This document shows, one piece after another, positions 9,616-19,948 of a stretch of 64,000 bases of DNA; positions within the stretch are counted from its first letter, which is position 1, and every line of letters begins with the position of its first letter. A model generated the notes under the pieces. The model made no database searches. It was given only the letters and a program-made list of their open reading frames with translations, and was not told the DNA's origin. The stretch comes from an uncultured Chloroflexia bacterium (lineage in GTDB: Bacteria > Chloroflexota > UBA6077 > JACCZL01): the NCBI GenBank assembly GCA_963765765.1, contig CAVXYC010000015.1:256001-320000 (forward strand). The letters are read 5' to 3'. Made by a program: the position numbers and the translations under genes.

Positions 9616-10167
9616 GTGCCCTGGTACGAATTTACATTTCGCATTTATCTTCACGTCTTAAGTAAGTACTTTAAATTCTCAGGCCGATCCGGCCGGTCTG
9701 AATTCTGGGGCTTTACACTTGCCAATGTCATTGTCCTCGTCGTAATTCTCATTGCCGAGAGATTGACCGGGTTAGACCATCTGATGGTGAGCCCTCTTGA
9801 CCTCTACTGGACTCTAGTAGCGATACCGATTATTGCCCTGGCGGTTCGCAGACTGCACGACATTGGGAAATCGGGCTGGTGGTACTTGATTACCCTCATA
9901 CCTATCATCGGCACGCTAGTATTGCTTATCTGGTCTGCTAGGGACTCGGAGCCCCAGGCAAACCGGTTTGGGGAGCGACCTAAAGCGCCTTTTCCACCGC
10001 CGCCGACATTCGAACGATTCGAGATCGTGGCGGAGCTCCTGGCGTTCCTATGGACACAACGACTCTGGTGGATGATTCCGCTCGTTCTCGTAATGCTGCT
10101 TTTCCTGGGGATCATTGCATTTGCCAATGCGACTGCCCTGGGTCCATTCATCTACCCCCTCATCTAG
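9616..10167 (+). CDS. DUF805 membrane protein with C-terminal DUF5989-like segment
   Basis: FSGRSGRSEFW, VRRLHDIGKSGWW, NRFG; then FLWTQRLWWMIPLV...GPFIYPLI. Confidence 0.85.
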   Translation: MPWYEFTFRIYLHVLSKYFKFSGRSGRSEFWGFTLANVIVLVVILIAERLTGLDHLMVSPLDLYWTLVAIPIIALAVRRLHDIGKSGWWYLITLIPIIGTLVLLIWSARDSEPQANRFGERPKAPFPPPPTFERFEIVAELLAFLWTQRLWWMIPLVLVMLLFLGIIAFANATALGPFIYPLI

Positions 10168-10557
10168 ACATTCCTCGGAAGGAGAAACTTCTAACTGGCA
10201 CACCGACAATTGACACGATGACAGCCTTTCAACGAAGGCCGCTAGATCGACTCGACAGCCGCCCGGCACATATTGCTACGAGCAAAGCGGATCGATTGTG
10301 CACCGGGTTCAGGATCTGGCGAGAAGGCTTATACGCTCCGCTTGAGCTTGCACGGTATGGCAAGCTCGCTGAGCGTTATTGCGTGGTTTCTGGTTTATGA
10401 GCTCGTCGTTGTTTCAACGCGTCTGGTAAGATTATTTTCAAGGTGCTTCAATGTCTCGCCTTGTGCAGGCTGAACGCGCACCCACTGTGCGTGCGCTCGC
10501 ATATCCTTGCCCTGCCCGCGATACACCTCACACCTCCCGCAGACCGGAGTTTTCCCC

Positions 10558-11652
10558 GTGACGACTGATCGTTCGCGCCGGGTCATCATGTTGATCGACT
10601 ATGATAATTTGCAGATTTGTGCGAGCCGCGATGCTCCGGGCACAGATCTAGACCTCCACGCGGTCATGGAGCTCGCACAGAGCTACGGCACCGTGGTTGT
10701 GGCTCGCGCGTATGCCGAGTGGAATATGGCGGCTGAGCGGCTTGCCGTGTACAAGGCCGGCATTGAGCCAATCTTCGCCCCAGTACTTCGCACCGATAGC
10801 CGCGGACGGGTAGAAGGCAAGAGCCTCTGCGATACTGTCATGGTTGCCGAAGGTGTGGACCTCCTCTGGACTCTTCAGCCGGACGTCCTCGTCCTGGTCA
10901 CGTCCGACAAAGATCTCATACCTCTAGCTCGCGTCGCGCGGCAGCGCGGTGCATCAGTGGTCGTGATCGGTAGTGACCTCACCGCGGTTCAGCTCGTTGA
11001 GATGTGCAACGTGCTCATTACTTATCGGCAACTTCTGAAGGACCTGGGCAAAACACCTGACGCTGCTCCTCCATCCACGCCCTCACGCGGTACGCGAGAT
11101 CGTGGACGCGGAATCGCAGATCGCGCGGCGCAAGAGCGAGAGCGGCCACCAGAGCGGGCGCCGATTCGGAGCCCGCGAGATCGGGAACGTGATCGAGATA
11201 GAGAGCGAGAGCGCGACGTCGCACCGATTGCAGCTTCCTTCCCCGCGCCGGTTGTTAGCAATGAGCCCGCAGTCGCTGCGCCTGAACCCTTGGGTGACGA
11301 ATTCCCTCGCGGGGACGAGCCCGGCTCTGACGAGTCGCCATTGGCCCGACGCCGACGTCGACGCCGCGGCCGGTCCCGTATTGAAGATGCTGGCGCCGAT
11401 GGCGCGGACTCCGGCGATCCCGGTGACATCGTGGAAGCGAATGGCAACGGCCAGGACTCAGCCGTTGCCGAATACGTCCCGACGACAGAGATTGTCGAGA
11501 ACTCGGCGGTGGATGGACAGGTGGACGTTGCTCCTGTAGCGGAGCTCGCCGAAGTGGATGCGCCCGCGCCGCGAGCGCCTCGACGCAGACGCCGTACACC
11601 CGCTGCCGCCGCTGTAGCAGAGCCAGCGGAAGATACAAGCTCCGAGACTTGA
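10558..11652 (+). CDS. NYN (LabA/DUF88, PIN-like) domain protein with long disordered tail
   Basis: LIDYDN, ARAYAEW, GKSLCD, LVTSDKDLIPL; start approximate. Confidence 0.88.
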   Translation: MTTDRSRRVIMLIDYDNLQICASRDAPGTDLDLHAVMELAQSYGTVVVARAYAEWNMAAERLAVYKAGIEPIFAPVLRTDSRGRVEGKSLCDTVMVAEGVDLLWTLQPDVLVLVTSDKDLIPLARVARQRGASVVVIGSDLTAVQLVEMCNVLITYRQLLKDLGKTPDAAPPSTPSRGTRDRGRGIADRAAQERERPPERAPIRSPRDRERDRDRERERDVAPIAASFPAPVVSNEPAVAAPEPLGDEFPRGDEPGSDESPLARRRRRRRGRSRIEDAGADGADSGDPGDIVEANGNGQDSAVAEYVPTTEIVENSAVDGQVDVAPVAELAEVDAPAPRAPRRRRRTPAAAAVAEPAEDTSSET

Positions 11653-13583
11653 TTCGCGCGGCTTCCACGGCCGCGCTTGCCATTGTTCCAACGATCGCGG
11701 TATTCGCCGCGTATGTTGGGACAATGGCGCCTGGACTCCTCGGCGGTGATGCCGGGGAGCTCCAGTTCGTATCTCCAATTCTTAGCCTGACTCATCCCAC
11801 CGGATACCCGTTTCTGGTTCTAGTTAACCACTTCTGGGGACAGGTGATCCCGTTCGGTAGCGTGGCCTGGCGGCTGACCTTGCTCAATGCCCTTTTCGCG
11901 GCGTCTGCTGTCGGGGTTCTCATTCTGATAGGACGATTTCTCACTCAGTCAGCCATTGCAAGCGTTGCGGGCGCACTCTTTCTGGCTTTTTCACCGATCT
12001 ACTGGTCGCAAGCGACAGGCAGCGACAAGTACACGCTCAATGCGTTGTTTCTTGGCCTTGTCCTACTCGCCGCGCTTTATTGGAGCAAGAACCCAGGAAA
12101 CCAGAGACTGAGTCTTCTGGCGTTTGTCTATGGCCTAAGTCTGACGAACCATCGCTCCATGCTTCTGGCTGCTCCTGGACTCCTGGTATTCATTCTTGCC
12201 AACGGATGGCGGCCCAGCTCGAACTTACTCCGGCCAGCGTTGTTTCTGCTTCTACCACTTGCGTTGTATCTCTACGTTCCCTGGGCGGGCGCGCGTGGGC
12301 TACCGCCAGGAACGTGGCCCGTCAGTACCCCCGGTGAGCTGATGGAGTTCTTTCTGGATCGCGGTTACACCAGCCAGATCCAGTTCCACGATGGATCAGT
12401 GGCAAGGCTTGTGGAGTTCGCTAGCGTATCCATACGTCAGGTTGGGGTGGCGGGAATCCTACTGGGTGTCCTGGGTGCAGGGTTGTTGCTCAGAAGTCAG
12501 CCACGTTTTTTCCTTCTCGTCCTGCTCATTTTCATCCCCAGTGTGCTGACGGCCGCCAATTACCTTCTCCCGTCGAACTACGCCATACCGCGTTACTGGG
12601 TTTTTTTCATCCCGGCTTATGTGTGCTGGGCCGTCTTCATCAGCGCCGGGGTGCAATTACTGCTGATGCTCGCGAGCAGTGGGCGTCCTGCGTCGAAACT
12701 AGGCATGATCCCATCAGCGATTATTGGCCTGCTGGTGCTGGCGGGAGGGGCCCTGGTCTGGGCTCCCGCCGGTATCGCCCAGGCTCGGGCGCATCGCTCC
12801 GCTGAGACGCTTGACGGATATCGACAGGACCTCCAACGGGGTTATCTGGCTGATCGCTTTGCAAGGCTTTCACTGAAGGAATCCGCTGCGAACGGCATCA
12901 TCGTGGGAGATTGGGAGCAGTCCACGGCTCTCTGGTATCTGCAGTACGTGGAGGGCGCGAGACACGACGTCCTAGTGCGCTACCCAATGGAGCGTCTGGA
13001 AGAGACGCTCAACGACCAGACGCTCGCCCTTCGGCCCGTGTACATTACGCGAGCGTTGCCTGGCGTGGAGCGTCTCGGTCCAACGTCCGCCTTTGGTCCG
13101 TTGGTTCAGGTGCGGGCTCAGCCCGGTGATCCTCCGGTGACCCCTCAGTTGGAAGCGGACGCAAGTCTTGGTGACACCGCGCGCCTCGTCGGAGTGACTT
13201 ATCTGGCCGATGACGTGCGAGTGGGTGGTGTCCTCCCACTCGTGCTGTACTGGCAAGCGTTGGAGGCGAGTCGCGAGGATGCGTCAGTGTCAGTGCGGCT
13301 CGTCAACAGCTCCGGGGACGATGTGGCGCAGAGTGACGTCCCGCAACCAGTCCTCGGAACGTCCCCGATGCGTCTCTGGAGTCCCGGGGCCGTCATTGGA
13401 GATTATCACGAGCTTGCCGTGAGTAATCGACTGGCTCCCGGCGAGTACCGAGTTGAGGTAATGTTGTATCGCGGACCGACCGCGGCGCCATTAGCCGTCA
13501 CCGGCAGGAATGCAAGCGAGCGCGGCGAGCGCGCGAGGCTACCTGTGATTCAAGTTCGAAGCCAACATCTCAGCACTCCGTAG
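11649..13583 (+). CDS. DUF2723 (TMEM260-like) GT-C membrane glycosyltransferase
   Basis: GDAGEL, HPTGYP, WSQA, GLSLTNH; many TM helices; C-terminal extracellular domain LYW...DYH...PGEY. Confidence 0.88.
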   Translation: MIRAASTAALAIVPTIAVFAAYVGTMAPGLLGGDAGELQFVSPILSLTHPTGYPFLVLVNHFWGQVIPFGSVAWRLTLLNALFAASAVGVLILIGRFLTQSAIASVAGALFLAFSPIYWSQATGSDKYTLNALFLGLVLLAALYWSKNPGNQRLSLLAFVYGLSLTNHRSMLLAAPGLLVFILANGWRPSSNLLRPALFLLLPLALYLYVPWAGARGLPPGTWPVSTPGELMEFFLDRGYTSQIQFHDGSVARLVEFASVSIRQVGVAGILLGVLGAGLLLRSQPRFFLLVLLIFIPSVLTAANYLLPSNYAIPRYWVFFIPAYVCWAVFISAGVQLLLMLASSGRPASKLGMIPSAIIGLLVLAGGALVWAPAGIAQARAHRSAETLDGYRQDLQRGYLADRFARLSLKESAANGIIVGDWEQSTALWYLQYVEGARHDVLVRYPMERLEETLNDQTLALRPVYITRALPGVERLGPTSAFGPLVQVRAQPGDPPVTPQLEADASLGDTARLVGVTYLADDVRVGGVLPLVLYWQALEASREDASVSVRLVNSSGDDVAQSDVPQPVLGTSPMRLWSPGAVIGDYHELAVSNRLAPGEYRVEVMLYRGPTAAPLAVTGRNASERGERARLPVIQVRSQHLSTP

Positions 13584-13702
13584 GGGTGCTGGGTCCGAGC
13601 GCGCGGAGTGCCGCTTCCCAAACTCCCGTCTCGGGACGAGTGAGATGTCGAGACATGGCACGCTACCTCGTGCGCTTCGCACCGCTCTACGGACCTTCGG
13701 CT

Positions 13703-14278
13703 CTACGCGGGCACTGCCTCGTCGCCGCTTGCTTTCTCGCGAGTGATGGGCTTGGCCGTATTCACGTAGACATTTCCGTTCTGAATTGCCAGTTCAAACC
13801 GATCCATCGGCCGTGGAGCGGGTCCGGCTACGATCTGACCGTAGCGGTTGTAAATGGATCCGTGGCAGGGGCAATTGAAACGGCCCTTGTCCGCATATCC
13901 CGTATCACCGTCCATAACGGGATCATCAGGCTTCCATGGAACCGTGCACCCCAGGTGCGGGCACTTCCACCAGAGCGCAAGGAAGCCTTCCGGAACATGT
14001 GTGAGATAAAACTTTCCTTCACGAACGTTCTTGACCTCGCCAACAGCCACCAATGCCGCGGGACCGGCATTGAGAATGCCTCCGAAGGCACCCACTTTCT
14101 TCGGCCAGAAGAAGCTGAGAAAGGCGGTAGCTTGCTGTCCTAATGTTGCCAGGATAGCTCCCCATGCCGCCCATCGCAGCACGAGCCGACGGGACGGCCC
14201 TTTGCCCTTCTGGGCTTCGGCCAAATGTTCACCTTCCTCACGGGGGAAGAAGATACCCTCGGCCGCGTTCTGTGCCAT
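13703..14278 (-). CDS. qcrA: Rieske iron-sulfur subunit of cytochrome bc complex
   Basis: CPHLGC and CPCHGSIY, GPAPRPM, Tat-like SRRLVL plus TM helix. Confidence 0.93.
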   Translation of the reverse strand: MAQNAAEGIFFPREEGEHLAEAQKGKGPSRRLVLRWAAWGAILATLGQQATAFLSFFWPKKVGAFGGILNAGPAALVAVGEVKNVREGKFYLTHVPEGFLALWWKCPHLGCTVPWKPDDPVMDGDTGYADKGRFNCPCHGSIYNRYGQIVAGPAPRPMDRFELAIQNGNVYVNTAKPITREKASGDEAVPA

Positions 14279-14325
14279 GAATCCTCCAGAGATCTATTGC
14301 GCTTGATGCGAAGTTTGTCGGTACG

Positions 14326-15147
14326 TCATTCGACGCGCTGTTGATGTGGGTCCCACGGCCAGTAGAGATGCATTCCCTGACCACGGAAAAACGTCCCTGA
14401 GATGGTCAGGATAATGAACGTCACAAAGAATCCGGTGAATAAACAGATCATCCAATCGCGGGTAGTCACCGGCTTATAGATCAAGTGTATCAGCCAGCAG
14501 AGCACCGCTATCGGTGCGAGCATCAGGAACGTGGGCACGAGAATGTCGACTACAACTGGAGCACTGAAGATTGGATTGCCCGTCATCTCCGACAATGTCT
14601 TCATGAGCGGCTTCACGCCGACAAACTCATCGAAGAGGATCAAAAGCACCAGAACCACGCTGGTGAAGATCGTTGTGAACCAAATGATGGGCTTGGCCTT
14701 ATCCGTGCCCGACCATTTCCCCATATCACGAGGGTCGCGGTCGATGTACGGAATGATGGCAATGAGCGCCAGAGCGGCGGACGGAACGATCACCCCAGCA
14801 AGCGCCGGATGCATGTGTAGCAGCAGTTCCTGAAGATTCAGGAAGTACCAGGGCGCTTTCGACGGGTTTGGCGTTCTATCAGGGTTGGCGTGCCCCTCGA
14901 GCGGCGCATTGACGACCATGCCTAATGCCACGAGCGAGAGCGTCATCACCAGGGCGGCCACGAACTCGATGATGACCAGGTGGGGCCACACGTAAACGAG
15001 TGCCTCGACTTGTTCTTTGATACCGCCCTGCGGCGCCGGATCACGGCGTACTGCAGTTGCCACACGCGCACGCTGCTCAGCGTTTAGCGCCGGACGCCCC
15101 GCGCCGTTTCCATTCGCTTGTCCTTCGGGCGGTAGTTCAGTGGCCAC
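14326..15147 (-). CDS. Cytochrome b C-terminal part (subunit IV-like)
   Basis: WPHL, APLEGHANPDRTPNPSKAPWYF (PEWY equivalent), IPYIDR, GTFFRG. Confidence 0.9.
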   Translation of the reverse strand: MATELPPEGQANGNGAGRPALNAEQRARVATAVRRDPAPQGGIKEQVEALVYVWPHLVIIEFVAALVMTLSLVALGMVVNAPLEGHANPDRTPNPSKAPWYFLNLQELLLHMHPALAGVIVPSAALALIAIIPYIDRDPRDMGKWSGTDKAKPIIWFTTIFTSVVLVLLILFDEFVGVKPLMKTLSEMTGNPIFSAPVVVDILVPTFLMLAPIAVLCWLIHLIYKPVTTRDWMICLFTGFFVTFIILTISGTFFRGQGMHLYWPWDPHQQRVE

Positions 15148-15177
15148 GTATGCCTCCGTGATTCATTGACAGGCCGC

Positions 15178-15936
15178 CTAGAGCGGGCCGGATATGCCGC
15201 CATCCTTGCGCACCCGCCAGAAGTGCACGGTGATGAACACCGCGGTCAGCAGCGGCAGGGCAATGACGTGTAGGACGTACCAGCGGATAAGTGTATTGTC
15301 GCCGATCTCGAATCCGCCGATAAGCGCGAACTTCACCTGATCTCCAATGACCGGAGTCGCGCCGGCCATGTTCGTGCCTACGGTCACAGCCCAGATTGCG
15401 AGCTGGTCCCAGGGCAGCAGATAACCGGTGAAGCTCAGTAGGAACGTCAGGGTCAGCAGAATGACGCCGACAACCCAGTTGAACTCTCTCGGGGGCCTGT
15501 ATGCGCCCGTGTAGAAGACTCGACACATGTGCAGGAACACGGTAATGACCATTCCATGAGCGGAGTATCTGTGGACATTGCGCAACAACATGCCGAATGT
15601 CACGACGGTTTCAAGGTCCTTCATGTCCTGGTACGCCACGGCTGTTGCCGGGCGGTAATAGAACATGAGCAAAACGCCTGTGACCGTAAGTAATAGGAAC
15701 AGAAAGAAGGAAAGGCCGCCCAAGCAGAACGTGTAAGTGATCTTCAGACTCTCTCGTCGCATCCGCACGGGGTGCAGATGGAGAAAGACGTTGTTGAACA
15801 TCATCAAGGCCTGGTTCCGAGGAGTGCTCGGATACCCGTGACGGAAGACACTGCGGAATACGCGGTTCCCGGTCAGCGCACGGCGGTAATTGCCTTGTTT
15901 GATGTCGTCTATAAACGGCTTGAACTCGTCAATCAC
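15178..15936 (-). CDS. qcrB: Cytochrome b6-type N-terminal subunit
   Basis: [14 protein letters not shown], heme-ligand histidines, TGYLLPWDQ, ends GGISGPL. Confidence 0.94.
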   Translation of the reverse strand: MIDEFKPFIDDIKQGNYRRALTGNRVFRSVFRHGYPSTPRNQALMMFNNVFLHLHPVRMRRESLKITYTFCLGGLSFFLFLLLTVTGVLLMFYYRPATAVAYQDMKDLETVVTFGMLLRNVHRYSAHGMVITVFLHMCRVFYTGAYRPPREFNWVVGVILLTLTFLLSFTGYLLPWDQLAIWAVTVGTNMAGATPVIGDQVKFALIGGFEIGDNTLIRWYVLHVIALPLLTAVFITVHFWRVRKDGGISGPL

Positions 15937-16122
15937 GCTGCACCTCGCAGCCTGTTTTTCGAATAAATCAACGTGGGCATGCCTCGGCCTTTATGCAAAC
16001 CGAGGCTATCAAAGCCCCTGGGTGATGTCAACGAGACTATTGATAGACGCACCGCGATTTCAGCACGCCAATTGACAATTTCGATGCATCGATTGGTGGC
16101 CCTTCTGAACAATGTTCCAACA

Positions 16123-17892
16123 TCATCGGGGCCGAGCCTCGAGCCCCCCACGGTCGAACCGATTGGTGGGATCCCAGAGCATCCAACCGACCCCACCAGC
16201 TTCGTCGGAGCCCCGAATCTGCGCGCGGATTTCCGCGGTATCGTAGCGGCGTCTGGTTTGCCAGGGGTAGTCATCGAAATACTGCAGCCACGGACGAATT
16301 AGAGTTCGTTGCCCTTCCACCTTCGCCACGGCGCGCCGCACCGTTTCATTGACCGTACGCTGCGGCTCTCCGACAACCGCGGGAAAGCTCAACAGTCCAG
16401 GAAGTCCAGCGGCGAAGGTAGACGGATAGACCATGGGACAGATGAAATCCACATGCGGGGCCAGGTACTCCAGTGCCTGTCCAATGCCAAGGTCACCGTC
16501 ATCCCACGGCGTGTAACCGAAGGTGTCTATTCCCAGAAATGCCCCATGCCGATGCACTGCCGGGCGGGCACGTTGGAGGAACTCGGCGATGGCGCCTACT
16601 CGAGACTCGGGTGTCACATCCTCAGAATATTTCGCGGCGGAAACACTGCCGCCGCGACTTGGATCGGTGGGAAATCGTATGTAGTCGAACTGAACCTCGT
16701 CGAACCCCACCTTCGCGGCCTCCTCCGCCAGCGCAATGTTGTAGTCCCAGGCCTCCGTTCGGAATGGATCTACCCAGGCCAGTCCCTCGCCATCCACCCA
16801 CACGTCGTTGCTGCGCGAATCACGTATGGCTACGTCCACGCCGGCGCCCGGACCGTTGCGGGCGAGACGATCGTCCTTGAACACGACGATCCGCGCAATT
16901 GTGTAAATGCCTTGCTGGCGGTAATCGTTGAGCAGCCCTTGAATGTCAGGGATGGTTGTTGCGCTGGCGGCTCCGATGGCTTCTGCCAGTGGGACTGAAG
17001 ATTTGTACGAGAGATTACCGCGATCACCCTTCACATCGATCACGATCGCATTTGCTTCGGTTTCCCTGAGCAAGCGATCCACGTTGCCGCGTAATGTCTG
17101 GTCCGCCACTGCGTAAATTGTTAGATAGAGACCGCGGACAGCGCGCGGGCGCATTTCGACACGCTGGACGTCCGTTCTCGGCGAAAACGATTGGCGATCG
17201 AAACCAGGCGCCAGTATCCAGTGATCGCCGGAAGGCACCAAACCAGCCGGTACAGCGCCTGAGGAATCAACGGCCATTTCCCGCTCCTTCGAGGCAACGA
17301 TGGCGGACTGGATGGGCTCTTGGGTACGGGCATTTGTGATGATTGCTGCCGGTTGACGGTTGAGATACACCGTTGTTTCGCCATCTGTGGCGGATATTCG
17401 TTGGGGATTGAAACCGGGAGCACGCACCGTGAGCTCGGAGCCAGTTGCCGGCCACACTCTGAACTCGCCGAGTCCTACCCGACTCAACATCAAATCGGCC
17501 TGAATGGCTGCATCGGCCAGTGGCTCATCGGAGCCATTTGCACGCACGACGATGGAAGCGGTGAGCGGCTCAAGTGAAAGGCTTCGGTCGCCCATGGGAG
17601 GGGCTTGCAGCGTTGCGGATCGGTATCCAGGCGCAGTCACCTCAAGCTGACGCGCGGCCCTCGAAAATGGTACGTGAGCTTCGCCCTTGGAGCCCTGATA
17701 GCTCGATCCACCCTCATCCACCACGTTAAATCGCACGAGTGGCTCACCCGAATATTGATCCACGACGCGAACGATGGTGCCGGCTCCGGCCATGTGCACC
17801 ATGCCGCCGACCAACAAAGAGCAGAGCGATGCATGGCGAATCCAGCGCGGCAGTGGATGTTCGGTTATCTGAGTAGGTGCAATCGTCTGCAC
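16123..17892 (-). CDS. Putative glycoside hydrolase (DUF4015) with N-terminal beta-sandwich repeats
   Basis: VRGLYL, NAIVIDVKGDRG, IARIVVFKD, GFDEVQFDYIRFP, PMVYPS, RPWLQYF; three APGY/APGF repeats; start uncertain. Confidence 0.85.
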   Translation of the reverse strand: MQTIAPTQITEHPLPRWIRHASLCSLLVGGMVHMAGAGTIVRVVDQYSGEPLVRFNVVDEGGSSYQGSKGEAHVPFSRAARQLEVTAPGYRSATLQAPPMGDRSLSLEPLTASIVVRANGSDEPLADAAIQADLMLSRVGLGEFRVWPATGSELTVRAPGFNPQRISATDGETTVYLNRQPAAIITNARTQEPIQSAIVASKEREMAVDSSGAVPAGLVPSGDHWILAPGFDRQSFSPRTDVQRVEMRPRAVRGLYLTIYAVADQTLRGNVDRLLRETEANAIVIDVKGDRGNLSYKSSVPLAEAIGAASATTIPDIQGLLNDYRQQGIYTIARIVVFKDDRLARNGPGAGVDVAIRDSRSNDVWVDGEGLAWVDPFRTEAWDYNIALAEEAAKVGFDEVQFDYIRFPTDPSRGGSVSAAKYSEDVTPESRVGAIAEFLQRARPAVHRHGAFLGIDTFGYTPWDDGDLGIGQALEYLAPHVDFICPMVYPSTFAAGLPGLLSFPAVVGEPQRTVNETVRRAVAKVEGQRTLIRPWLQYFDDYPWQTRRRYDTAEIRAQIRGSDEAGGVGWMLWDPTNRFDRGGLEARPR

Positions 17893-18039
17893 AGCGAGTC
17901 CCACTAAGCAGACTGGTTGCCCAGTCTGCCAGTCATTGTAGAGCACGCTATTTTCGGGGCCCTGGTCGCCCGGTCCAAATTGCGGGAGAACCGGGCAATG
18001 CCTGAGGTAACATTCCCGCGAATCCAAGGAGGTCAGACC

Positions 18040-18879
18040 ATGGCGGTCATTACGATCTCACGGCAAGAGGGCAGCCTCGGCGATCAAATAGGACGTGCAC
18101 TGGCGGAAAGGCTGGATTACCGATTTCTCGATAACAGCACGGTGATTGCGGAAGCCCGAAAGTATGGCGGTGAAATTGAGCCTAACGCACCTGAGATTGA
18201 AGAAAAGCAGCCGACGTTCTGGGAGCGTTTAAATGAAGAGCGGCGTCGGCACACCACGATGGTGCGTTCAGCGGTGTACGGACTGGCCCGTCAAGACAAC
18301 CTCGTGATTGTGGGACTCGGCGGTGTCTCACTACTGCGGGATCACAATCACGTGCTCAAAGTCGCCACCGTTGCTCCGATGGACGTGCGCATTGACCGTG
18401 TCTCTCGCATGGGAACCGTGGATCGACCTATCCCGGTGGATCGGGACGAGGCGGCGCGCCTGGTGCGGCGCTCGGATAGGCAGCGTGAGGGCTACCTGCG
18501 CTACATGTTCAATATCGAGTGGCTTGATCCTCAGATCCATGACCTCATCATCAATACCGGTACTCTGAGTCTGGATACCGTGGTGGATGCACTGGCTCAT
18601 CTCGCTCAGCGGCCAGAGCTACGCGCCACGCCCGAGTCGGCGGACAGCCTTGAGAATCTCGCATTGGCCAGTAGAGTTGAGGCTGCATTGGTCAATGACG
18701 CGGGTATTTGGATTCACGGTCTCCGAGTATCGGCCGATCGTTCGAAGGTCACGATCACCGGCGAGGTCATAACGGACGATGATCGCGAGGTCGCCGAGGA
18801 GACCGCGCTGACTGTCGAGGGAGCTCGGCAGGTGGTGAATGAGCTCCGAATTCAGCCTCCGCCGCTAACGGGTATGTAG
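18040..18879 (+). CDS. Cytidylate-kinase-like family protein with C-terminal BON domain
   Basis: VITISRQEGSLG, DLIINTG; C-terminal VTITGEV...VEGARQVVNEL; AAGGAGG RBS. Confidence 0.88.
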   Translation: MAVITISRQEGSLGDQIGRALAERLDYRFLDNSTVIAEARKYGGEIEPNAPEIEEKQPTFWERLNEERRRHTTMVRSAVYGLARQDNLVIVGLGGVSLLRDHNHVLKVATVAPMDVRIDRVSRMGTVDRPIPVDRDEAARLVRRSDRQREGYLRYMFNIEWLDPQIHDLIINTGTLSLDTVVDALAHLAQRPELRATPESADSLENLALASRVEAALVNDAGIWIHGLRVSADRSKVTITGEVITDDDREVAEETALTVEGARQVVNELRIQPPPLTGM

Positions 18880-18881
18880 CA

Positions 18882-19886
18882 TTGGGCTGGAGCATCGTTG
18901 GCCATGAGCGCCCGGTGGCGTTACTGGAACGCGCCCTCGTCAGCGATCAGCTTAGCCACGCCTATGTGCTGAGCGGACCGGAAGGCATTGGAAAGCGGAC
19001 ACTTGCGCTTGAGCTGGCGCGTGCAGCGTTGTGTCTCGGAGGAGGTCAAGGTACCGCTCCGTGCGGAGCCTGTCCGAGCTGTTCGCGTGTGAGCACCGAT
19101 AATCACCCCGACCTTCGGATCGTGGAGCTGGACACTGAGCACGTCCAGATCTCACGCAAGGAGATCGGCCAGATCCAGGCTGATGCTTCCCTCAGACCGC
19201 TACTGGGAGAGCGGAAGGTTTACGTGCTGGTCGAGGTTGAGCGGTTGAGCGCCGTTGCTGGCAACCAGCTCTTGAAGCTGCTCGAGGAACCACCACCGGC
19301 GGTCACGTTTGTCCTGACATCAGCGGACATAGGTGCGGTGCTCCCCACCATCATCTCGCGGTGTCAGGTTGTGCGCATGCAGCCAGTCCAGCGTGAGACG
19401 ATTCAGAATCACCTGACCACGCGGCTCGAAGTTGAACCGGAAGTGGCGGAAATCATCGCCGGGGTCGCGGACGGGCGAGTAGGCTGGGCGATTCGCGCTG
19501 GGGCGGACACGAGCCTGCTCGAGGCCCGATCTCAGTCGATTGAGGAGCTGGTCGCGCTCATTGAGTCGGCCCGGCTGGCGCGGCTGCTCAAGTCTCAGGA
19601 GATCGCGGGCCGATGGACCGGCGATCGTGGGCGAGTTATCGACGAGCTGGACTGGTGGGCGCGGGCTCTGCGAGACGCGGCCGTTCTTGCCGCTGCTCCA
19701 TCTCACGATGCCGCCAGTGGAGCCGCCGATATCGTCCGCGTGGCGGGCCGGCTTTCTGCCCGTGAATCGATTGGCGCGGCTCGGGCAGTTCAAGAAACCG
19801 CCCGACTGCTCGAACAGAACGTAAACCCACGACTCGCCCTGGACACGCTGGTACTTGATTTACCGACCGTTGACGCGCGCAATTAG
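18882..19886 (+). CDS. holB: DNA polymerase III delta-prime subunit
   Basis: HAYVLSGPEGIGK, CGACPSC, HPD, NQLLKLLEEPP, LPTIISRC. Confidence 0.93.
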   Translation: MGWSIVGHERPVALLERALVSDQLSHAYVLSGPEGIGKRTLALELARAALCLGGGQGTAPCGACPSCSRVSTDNHPDLRIVELDTEHVQISRKEIGQIQADASLRPLLGERKVYVLVEVERLSAVAGNQLLKLLEEPPPAVTFVLTSADIGAVLPTIISRCQVVRMQPVQRETIQNHLTTRLEVEPEVAEIIAGVADGRVGWAIRAGADTSLLEARSQSIEELVALIESARLARLLKSQEIAGRWTGDRGRVIDELDWWARALRDAAVLAAAPSHDAASGAADIVRVAGRLSARESIGAARAVQETARLLEQNVNPRLALDTLVLDLPTVDARN

Positions 19887-19907
19887 CGCGCTGTCAGAGA
19901 ATACGCA

Positions 19908-19948
19908 GGCTTAGATTTTGGCGGTTTCGGCTTAGATTTTGGCGGTTT
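19908..19948. repeat. Tandem 20-bp direct repeat (21-bp period)
   Basis: ggcttagattttggcggttt at 19908-19927 and 19929-19948. Confidence 0.95.
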
